Source of the DNA: Candidatus Latescibacterota bacterium
GTDB taxonomy: Bacteria > Latescibacterota > UBA2968 > UBA8231
Direction of reading: 5' to 3'
NCBI GenBank assembly: GCA_965242865.1
Contig: CBDETK010000013.1
Coordinates: forward strand, 4,480,001-4,544,000
DNA length: 64,000 bases
Part shown: positions 56,900 to 64,000 of the stretch, in pieces
Layout of the letters: each line of letters opens with the position of its first letter
How positions within the stretch are numbered: the first letter of the stretch is position 1
Position numbers and translations under genes: made by a program
The notes under the pieces: model-generated
Told to the model about the DNA's origin: nothing
Database searches by the model: none
The model's input: only the letters and a program-made list of their open reading frames with translations

Positions 56900-59209
56900 T
56901 CAGCCGGCCGCCTCCACGAGTTGGTTTTCCTGCAAGGCGGCGACGACCCGGTCGGGACTCATGGGCAACTCGCCCAAGCGGCACCCCAAGGCGTCGTACA
57001 GGGCGTTGGCAATGGCGGCCATCGGCGGCACCAAGGGCACTTCGCCGACGCCGCGGATTCCGTGCGGGCTGGCCGGATTGGGCACTTCGACCAAAATCGT
57101 CTCGATCAAGGGAATGTCAAAGGTGGTCGGCATCCGATAATCGAGGAAGGTCGGGTTGGCCAACTGCCCATCGGCCGTGTAGAAGTAGCCCTCCGACAGC
57201 GCCCAGCCAATCCCCTGCACGGCCCCGCCTTGAATCTGGCCCTCGACATAGGACGGATGAACGGCCTTGCCCACGTCTTGGACCGCGGTGTAGCGCAAAA
57301 TTTTGACCTTGCCGGTGTCTGGATCGACCTCCACATCGACGATGTGAACGGCGAATGCGTTGCCCGGGCCGCTGGCGTTGATCGCTCCCTTGCCGGTGAT
57401 CGGGCCGCCGGTGCTGCCTTGGCTGGCGGCGACCTCCGCAAAGGTGAGCCGCTGCGTGGGATCGGATTTGCAGACAAAGCTACCCTCCTGAAACTCAATG
57501 TCGTCGTCGTCAACCTCTAGCTGCTGCGCCGCGCGCCGGCTCATCTCGGCCTTGACGTCCTCGGCCGCGTTGTAGCAGGCGTGGCCGGTGGCATAGCACA
57601 CGCGGCTGCCGCCGGTGCCGCCGGTAAAGCCAATTGAGCTGGTGTCCGGGATGGAGGGGTTGATGTCTTCGGCCCGCAGCCCCAAGGTCTCGGCGACGAT
57701 CATAGCCATGGCGGCGCGGCTGCCGCCGATGTCAACCGAGCCTTCCGTGAGGTTGATCGTGCCGTTGTCGTTGACGGCAATGGCGGCCGAAGACATGCCG
57801 CCGCCGTTGAACCAAAAGCCCCCGGCCACGCCGCGCCCCCGATAGGGGCCTTTGAGCGGGCTGTGATAGTGCTCCGAGTCCTTGGCGGCCTGCACGGTCT
57901 CTTCGCAGCCGATCTGCCGGTACACCGTGCCGTCGGCGCGGCGCGTCCCCTCTTTGGCCGCGTTCTTGAGCCGCATCTCCAGCGGGTCCATGTCGATCTT
58001 TTCGGCGAGCTCGTCGATGACGCTCTCCGAGGCAAAAGCCGCGTTGGGCGCTCCGGGTGCGCGGTAAGCCGAGGACTTGGGCTTGTTGACGACCACGTCG
58101 TACGCGTCAATGGTGACGTTGGCGATGTTATACGGCGCGAGGATGCACTGCGCTCCGGCCCCCACGGCCGAGCCGGGATAAGCCCCGGCCTCGTAGGCCA
58201 TGTAGCAGTGGGCGGCCGTGATGGTGCCGTCGCTTTTGGCCCCCATCTTGACCTTGATGTACGAGCCGGGGGCCGGGCCAGTCCCCTGAAAGACTTCGGT
58301 GCGGCTCATGATCATTTTGACCGGCTGCCCGGTTTTGTGCGACATAATGGCCGCGGCCGGCTCCATGTAAATGGGGAATTTGCCGCCAAAGCCGCCGCCG
58401 ATTTCGCAGGGAATAACCTTGACCTTGGAGACCGGCACGTTGAGGACTTCCGCCACCTGCGAGCGGATCTCAAACGGCCCCTGCGTGCTCACCCACACGG
58501 TGACGCTGCCGTCTTTTTTCCACCAGACGGTCGTGTTGTGCGGCTCGATGTAGCCTTGGTGAATGGTGGCCGTGTGAAATTCGCGCTCGACGATCGCGTC
58601 GGCTTCGGCCCAGCCCGCTGCGAGGTCGCCCATGGCGTGCTGATTGTGGGAGGCGATATTGCTCTGCTGGCCCGTATCCTCGCCGAGGGCGCGCGTGGTG
58701 CGCTCTTCGTCGAGCAGCGGGGCGTCGGCGCGCATGGCTTCGCGGACATCGACGACCGGCTCCAAGACCTTGTATTCGACCTCGATGAGGTCGAGGGCCT
58801 CTTCGGCGATGTGGGGGCTGACCGCGCAGACCGCTGCGACCGCGTGGCCCGCATAGAGCACCTTGCCCGAGGCCAGCGAGTTTTTGGCGATCTCGCGCAC
58901 GTTGACCATGGTTTCGCCAATGTGCGACAGGTTATCTACGGTCTCGACCAAGTCGTCGGCCGTGGCCACGGCCCGCACTCCGTCGAGCGCGAGGGCCTTG
59001 GCGGTGTCGATCGAGAGAATTTCGGCGTGGGGATGCGGGCTGCGGAGGACTTTGCCGTAGAGCAGGCCCGGCAGGCGCACATCGGCCCCGTACACGGCTG
59101 CGCCCGTGACCTTATCGACGCCGTCGTGGCGGATGGGACGGGTGCCGATGACCTTGTATTTGCCGTCGGCGGTGTAATTGGGATAATCTTTGCTGGAAAA
59201 GGCAGCCAT
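56900..59209 (-). CDS. xanthine dehydrogenase family molybdopterin-binding subunit
   Basis: DKVTGAAVY, IGGGFGGK, AYRAPG, GQIQGGAVQGIG, RGVGE. Confidence 0.93.
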   Translation of the reverse strand: MAAFSSKDYPNYTADGKYKVIGTRPIRHDGVDKVTGAAVYGADVRLPGLLYGKVLRSPHPHAEILSIDTAKALALDGVRAVATADDLVETVDNLSHIGETMVNVREIAKNSLASGKVLYAGHAVAAVCAVSPHIAEEALDLIEVEYKVLEPVVDVREAMRADAPLLDEERTTRALGEDTGQQSNIASHNQHAMGDLAAGWAEADAIVEREFHTATIHQGYIEPHNTTVWWKKDGSVTVWVSTQGPFEIRSQVAEVLNVPVSKVKVIPCEIGGGFGGKFPIYMEPAAAIMSHKTGQPVKMIMSRTEVFQGTGPAPGSYIKVKMGAKSDGTITAAHCYMAYEAGAYPGSAVGAGAQCILAPYNIANVTIDAYDVVVNKPKSSAYRAPGAPNAAFASESVIDELAEKIDMDPLEMRLKNAAKEGTRRADGTVYRQIGCEETVQAAKDSEHYHSPLKGPYRGRGVAGGFWFNGGGMSSAAIAVNDNGTINLTEGSVDIGGSRAAMAMIVAETLGLRAEDINPSIPDTSSIGFTGGTGGSRVCYATGHACYNAAEDVKAEMSRRAAQQLEVDDDDIEFQEGSFVCKSDPTQRLTFAEVAASQGSTGGPITGKGAINASGPGNAFAVHIVDVEVDPDTGKVKILRYTAVQDVGKAVHPSYVEGQIQGGAVQGIGWALSEGYFYTADGQLANPTFLDYRMPTTFDIPLIETILVEVPNPASPHGIRGVGEVPLVPPMAAIANALYDALGCRLGELPMSPDRVVAALQENQLVEAAG

Positions 59210-59298
59210 GAGGCCCTCCTTACATGGATTGAATGTTTTGGGACTTCTAATTCGCCTTAATCTGAGGGCGATACCCTGCGGCGTCAAGTGAACGTTCT

Positions 59299-60003
59299 AT
59301 GACCATTGCTTGGGAAACCCCGTCGAGCTGGCCTCGGCTGAGGGACGATGAAATCCACGTCTGGTGCGTCGAATTGGACGAGGCCGTGGATGCGGCCGCG
59401 CTCGCGGCTTGTCTCAGCGCGGACGAGCGCGCCCGAGCGAGCGGGTTGCCCTCCAGTGCCCATCAGCGGCGCTTTGTGGCAACGCGGGCCACGCTGCGCC
59501 AACTCTTGGGGCACTACCTCGGCCAAGCACCCGGCGCGCTCGTTTTTGCGCACGGCGCACACGGCAAGCCCTTTCTGTTAGAAGGGGGGCTGCATTTCAA
59601 CGTGTCCCATACGCACGGGTTGGCTCTGTACGCGGTGGCATCTGCCTGCGAGGTCGGCGTGGACGTGGAGTGGATGCGGCCCCAAGTCGCGCACGAGCAA
59701 ATTGCGGCGCGCTTCTTTTCGCGAGAAGAGCAAGAGGCACTGGCGCGGGTGCCGGCCGAGGAGCGGCGGGTGGCTTTTTACCATATCTGGACGTGCAAGG
59801 AAGCCTATCTCAAGGCGCGCGGCGACGGTATAGCCGCGGGGCTCGGCTCCTTTGCGGTATCGCTGAAAGCGGAGACACTTTTGCGCTCGGACGAGGGGGC
59901 GTACTGGAAGTTGATCGCTTGGGAACCGGCGGCCGGATACGCGGCGGCGTTGTGCGGGGCTGGCGTGGATTGGCAAATGCGGGGCTGGCACTGGCGGCCT
60001 TAA
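59299..60003 (+). CDS. Sfp-type 4'-phosphopantetheinyl transferase
   Basis: HGKP, FNVSHT, VGVDVE, WTCKEAYLKARG. Confidence 0.93.
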   Translation: MTIAWETPSSWPRLRDDEIHVWCVELDEAVDAAALAACLSADERARASGLPSSAHQRRFVATRATLRQLLGHYLGQAPGALVFAHGAHGKPFLLEGGLHFNVSHTHGLALYAVASACEVGVDVEWMRPQVAHEQIAARFFSREEQEALARVPAEERRVAFYHIWTCKEAYLKARGDGIAAGLGSFAVSLKAETLLRSDEGAYWKLIAWEPAAGYAAALCGAGVDWQMRGWHWRP

Positions 60004-60094
60004 AGCGGCTCGCCTTCGTGAGCGATCTCGTATCCTAGGCGTTAATGCGAAAAGATCGGCAACCTAAGCGGGTGGTTCGTGTACCCTCACCTTC

Positions 60095-61060
60095 TCAATC
60101 CCCTCGCCCGGCCCGGCGTCGCCCGGCTAGGCGGCGGATCAATTCGTCGGCGATGACCCCGGCCAAAATCACCGCCCCGATAATGGCAAATTCGAGTTGG
60201 GTGGGGATGCCGGAGACATTGATGGCATTGTAGAGCAACCGCATGACGGCCGCGCCAATGACGACTCCCAAAATCGATCCCTCGCCGCCGCGCAGGGAAC
60301 AGCCCCCCAACACGGCCGCGGCAATCGCGTACAGCTCGTAGAAATTGCCGTGGGCGGCTGGCTGCACCGAGTTGACGTCGAGGGCAAAGAGGATGCCCCC
60401 CAAGCCAGCCGTGCCCGAGCACAAGACGTAAGCCAAAACCTTCATCCGCTCAATTTGGATGCCGCTGTACCGCGCCGCTGTCTCGTTGCGGCCCAGCGCC
60501 AACAGGTAGCGGCCCCATATCGTGCGGTTGAGGAACAGGGCGGCGAGCGCCCCGGCAAGCACCAAGAGGAAAAACGGAATCGGCAGCGCAAAGCCGCCCA
60601 GGGCGACCTTGCCAATCGCCAGTTGGCGCAGCCCCTCGTAGGACGAGCCAAACCCTTGGACTTGGTCGTGGGTGAGCCAGCGGGCAAAGCCGCGGTAGAA
60701 CAGCAAGCCACACAGCGTGACCACAAACGGCTGCAACCCCAAGCGCGTGATCAGCAAGCCGTGCAGCAAGCCAACGGCCAGCGACAAAACCACCACGGCC
60801 ACCAGCGCTAGGGCCGGCGCGTACCCAGCGGCCAAGAGCATGGGCAACAAACACCCCACCAAGCCGATCAACGAGCCAATCGACAAGTCGATGCCGCCGG
60901 TGATGATGACAAAGGCCACGCCAATGGAAATGATGCCAAACAGCGCGGTCCAGCGGATGATGTTTTGCAGGTTATAGGCGCTGGCAAACTTGGGTTCGAC
61001 GATCCAAGTGACCACAAAAATCGCCACCAACAAGCCGAGAATACCCAGTATCTTCTTCAC
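60095..61060 (-). CDS. sugar ABC transporter permease (RbsC-like)
   Basis: GGIDLSIG, GRNETAARYSG, YELYAIAAAVLGGCSLRGG. Confidence 0.93.
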   Translation of the reverse strand: MKKILGILGLLVAIFVVTWIVEPKFASAYNLQNIIRWTALFGIISIGVAFVIITGGIDLSIGSLIGLVGCLLPMLLAAGYAPALALVAVVVLSLAVGLLHGLLITRLGLQPFVVTLCGLLFYRGFARWLTHDQVQGFGSSYEGLRQLAIGKVALGGFALPIPFFLLVLAGALAALFLNRTIWGRYLLALGRNETAARYSGIQIERMKVLAYVLCSGTAGLGGILFALDVNSVQPAAHGNFYELYAIAAAVLGGCSLRGGEGSILGVVIGAAVMRLLYNAINVSGIPTQLEFAIIGAVILAGVIADELIRRLAGRRRAGRGD

Positions 61061-61063
61061 CGG

Positions 61064-62554
61064 TTAAGCCGCCTTCCCGGTCGCCAAGTGCATAATCGCC
61101 TCCTCGCTGAGCGCGTCTCGCTGGAGTTGGCCGGTGATGCGGCCCTCGTGCATGACCAAGACCGCATCGGCCATCCCCAGAATTTCCTCCAACTCGCTCG
61201 ACGCAAACAGCACGGCCACGCCGCTGGCGGCCAACTCTTCCATCAGGCGGTAAATCGCTTGTTTGGCGCCCACGTCAATGCCCCGGGTGGGTTCGTCGAG
61301 CAGCAACACCCGGGGCGCGAGGGCCAGCCACTTGCCCAGCACCACCTTTTGCTGGTTGCCCCCGGATAGGTACTGGACGATTTGGCCCGGGCCGGGGGTG
61401 CGGATGGCGAGGCGCTCTATCATAAGATCCGCGTCCTCAGCTTGGCGGCCAAAGTTGGCCCACCCGGCCAAGCCCCGGTAGCGCCCCAAGCCGGGCAAGC
61501 CAATGTTGTCGCGCAGAGCCATTTCGAGGATTAGGCCCTGTTGTTTGCGGTCTTCGGGCACGAGGGCCAAACCGGCGCGAATGGCGTCGGCGGGCGAGCG
61601 AATCGCGTGCGGGGTGCCGTCGAGGAGCACGCGCCCTCCGAGCGCGGGAACCAAGCCGAAGAGCACCTGCAATAGCTCGGTGCGCCCCGCGCCGACGAGC
61701 CCGGCGAGGCCGACGAGCTGACCGCGCCGCACCGCAAAATTGAGCCGGTGCTCGGGCCACGCCGGCAGGACCAAGTCCTCGGCTTGGAGGGCGATGGCAC
61801 CGGCCGGCTGGGCTTGGTGCGCGTAGTACTGGGCGATGTCGCGGCCCACCATCTTGGTCACCATGGCGTCGTGGCTGATTTCCGCGCGGGCGAGCTCGCC
61901 GGCGTTTTGCCCGTCGCACAGGACCAAGACGCGGTCCGCCAAGGCTTGGACCTCGCCGAGGCGGTGGGAGATATAGACGATGGCCACGCCGCGCTCGCGC
62001 AGTTCGCCGATGACCGCGAACAGGGCTTCGGCCTCTTGGCTGGTGAGGCTGGAGGTCGGCTCGTCCATGATCAGCACCCGCGCTTCGGTCGAAAGGGCCT
62101 TGGCGATTTCGACGAGTTGCTGGTGGCCGATGGGCAAGTCGCCCATCCGAGCGGACGGTGCCACCGCGAGCCCGAGTTGCGCGAGGGCTTGCACGGCCCC
62201 GCGGTGGATGGCGGCGCGGTCGATCAGCCCCCACTGCTGAGGCTCGCGCCCGAGGTAGAGGTTGGCGGCCACCGAGAGGTTGGCGCAAAAGTTGAGTTCT
62301 TGGTGGATCAGGGCAATGCCGAGTGCCGCAGCGCGGCGCGGCGAGTCCATGATCACAGGCTCGCCATCGCGCAAAATCTGGCCGCTATCGGGCGTCTCAA
62401 TGCCGGCGAGAATTTTCATCAGGGTGGATTTGCCGGCCCCGTTTTCCCCGATGACGGCGAGGACTTCGCCGGCCTCCACCGCCATATCCACCGCGTCGAG
62501 CGCGCGGACCCCGGGGAACCGCTTGCTAATGCCGCGTGCGGCCAACAGCGCCAT
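61064..62554 (-). CDS. sugar ABC transporter ATP-binding protein (RbsA-like)
   Basis: GENGAGKST, MDEPT, LSGGNQQK, LDEPTRGIDVGAK. Confidence 0.95.
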   Translation of the reverse strand: MALLAARGISKRFPGVRALDAVDMAVEAGEVLAVIGENGAGKSTLMKILAGIETPDSGQILRDGEPVIMDSPRRAAALGIALIHQELNFCANLSVAANLYLGREPQQWGLIDRAAIHRGAVQALAQLGLAVAPSARMGDLPIGHQQLVEIAKALSTEARVLIMDEPTSSLTSQEAEALFAVIGELRERGVAIVYISHRLGEVQALADRVLVLCDGQNAGELARAEISHDAMVTKMVGRDIAQYYAHQAQPAGAIALQAEDLVLPAWPEHRLNFAVRRGQLVGLAGLVGAGRTELLQVLFGLVPALGGRVLLDGTPHAIRSPADAIRAGLALVPEDRKQQGLILEMALRDNIGLPGLGRYRGLAGWANFGRQAEDADLMIERLAIRTPGPGQIVQYLSGGNQQKVVLGKWLALAPRVLLLDEPTRGIDVGAKQAIYRLMEELAASGVAVLFASSELEEILGMADAVLVMHEGRITGQLQRDALSEEAIMHLATGKAA

Positions 62555-63546
62555 TAGCGAGCACCGGTCAGGGTTTTTAGCTCGGCCCAAAAGGCTTCGA
62601 CATTGTCGCGGCGAATGGCCCGCGCCGGCACGTCAAGCACCCCCCCAGCGGGCAAAACCGAGCGGTCGCCGCGGGCTAAGGCCGCGAGGATGCGCACGGA
62701 CTCGTACCCGTAGCGGTAGGGGTTTTGCACCACCGTGCCGTAGATGTGGCCATCGACGATGCCTTGGAGGGTGGGGGCTTCCTCGTCAAAGGCAATGATT
62801 TGGATCTGCCCGGTCTTGCCGGCTTCTTTGATGGCTTCGAGGCACATCGGCGGATTGTACGCAAACAGGCCGACGACGCCGTGCAGGTCCGGGTATTTGG
62901 CAATGGCATCCTCGACTTGGGCCTTGGCTTTGGCGTAGTCAAACTGGTCGGTGCGGGTGTCGAGAATGGTGTATTGGTCGCCGGCGATCGGGCCGCTGTT
63001 GGGGTCGTGGCGCGTTGGGTCCAAGGAGCGATTGAGCAACTCGTCGATCAGACCTTGGCGGCGCTGGCGGGCGTTGAGTTGTTCGAGGCGGCCGACGAAG
63101 ATCATGATGTTGCCGCCGTTGGGCAGGGCTTCTTTGACCAGCGCCCCGCAGGCGCGACCGGCCGAGTAGTTGTCAATGCCAATAAAGCAAAGGCGGTTGC
63201 TTTTGGGGGCGTCCGAGTCGTGGGTGAGCAGGTGGGTGTGGGCTGCGGCCTCGTTGAGCAGGTCGGTCTGATTGTCCGGGTCGATGGGGCTTATGGCCAT
63301 GCCGTCGATGCCGCGGGCCAGCAGGGCTTGGACGATGCGCTTCTGATCGGCCACCCCTTCGCCGGGCATCTGCACCTCGGCGTCGGCGGCAAATTCGGCG
63401 GCCGCGGCCTCAACGCCCTTGGTGGCAATGGTCCAAAACGGGCCAACGCCGTTGGTGACAAAGGCGAGTTGGGGCTTGGCCGCGGGTTGCGGTGCGTCGC
63501 TGCAGGCGGCCACGATCAAGGCGAGGAACAAAAGGGGCGTTTTCAT
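62554..63546 (-). CDS. sugar ABC transporter substrate-binding lipoprotein
   Basis: Lipobox VAAC, DSDAP...[18 protein letters not shown]. Confidence 0.93.
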   Translation of the reverse strand: MKTPLLFLALIVAACSDAPQPAAKPQLAFVTNGVGPFWTIATKGVEAAAAEFAADAEVQMPGEGVADQKRIVQALLARGIDGMAISPIDPDNQTDLLNEAAAHTHLLTHDSDAPKSNRLCFIGIDNYSAGRACGALVKEALPNGGNIMIFVGRLEQLNARQRRQGLIDELLNRSLDPTRHDPNSGPIAGDQYTILDTRTDQFDYAKAKAQVEDAIAKYPDLHGVVGLFAYNPPMCLEAIKEAGKTGQIQIIAFDEEAPTLQGIVDGHIYGTVVQNPYRYGYESVRILAALARGDRSVLPAGGVLDVPARAIRRDNVEAFWAELKTLTGAR

Positions 63547-63657
63547 AGCGGTCTCGCTCGGAGGTTTGGGGAGGGACGCGGTTGCCCCCGCGAATGCGGA
63601 ATGCCTATGTTACGTCCGGCAACAGGGAAGCGCAAGCGCAACAACGGAGGAGGGGCC

Positions 63658-64000
63658 ATGTACAAGCCCAGCGCCGTACTACTGGCGGTCGCCTTGGCCG
63701 CAACCGCTGGAGAGGCAGGAGAAGCCCACGTGAGCAAAGACCGCTTTGGAACGACCGCGACCGGCCAACCCGTCGATCGCTACACCCTCACCAACGACCG
63801 CGGTGCGCTGGCCCGCGTCATTACTTACGGGGGGATCATCACCGAGCTCCTCGTGCGCGACCGCGCTGGAATGCTGGGCGATGTCGTGCTAGGCTTTGAC
63901 CGGTTGGCGCAGTACGAGCGGGAAAATCCGTACTTCGGCTGCATCACCGGGCGCGTCGCCAACCGCATTGCCGGCGGCACATTCTCCCTAGACGGCCGAG
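63658..64000 (+). CDS. galM: aldose 1-epimerase (galactose mutarotase) with signal peptide, 3'-partial
   Basis: MYKPSAVLLAVALAA...FGTTATGQPVDRYTLTN...DVVLGFD...YFGCITGRVANRIAGG. Absent from the ORF track because it has no stop in the window. Confidence 0.9.
   Translation, partial: MYKPSAVLLAVALAATAGEAGEAHVSKDRFGTTATGQPVDRYTLTNDRGALARVITYGGIITELLVRDRAGMLGDVVLGFDRLAQYERENPYFGCITGRVANRIAGGTFSLDGR

Noticed and set aside
57863-59260. Long antisense ORFs (here and opposite many other genes)
   Set aside because: They are shadow ORFs expected from high-GC codon bias and carry no motifs.

Overview
GC-rich bacterial chromosomal window. It is rich in toxin-antitoxin, restriction-modification (RM), Uma2, TPR/FG-GAP, sulfatase and PhyH genes, a profile that resembles host-associated uncultured lineages such as Latescibacterota or Poribacteria (inference only). 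Left part (1-12.3 kb): an uncharacterised membrane system made of a 1529-aa degenerate M28-peptidase/FtsX-permease fusion plus two OPT-like polytopic membrane proteins. It is interrupted by a defence islet (Fic, Phd stub, DNA methyltransferase, restriction endonuclease carrying a VapB-like tail, VapC). Middle part (12-30 kb): an eroded accessory region with orphan antitoxins, internally deleted pseudogenes, an IS630 remnant with terminal inverted repeats, and a reciprocally degenerated tandem duplication around a second RM system preceded by an orphan Phd gene. Right part: mostly housekeeping and metabolic genes (rnd, ino1, dusB, uppS-cdsA-rseP-queG, ftsY, TonB receptor, fhs, Mo-hydroxylase subunit, PPTase, sugar ABC transporter, galM). 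It also holds REP-like and dRS3-like repeats and an unusual voltage-gated channel. No rRNA, tRNA or CRISPR array was recognised. All family assignments come from motif recognition by eye, not database searches.
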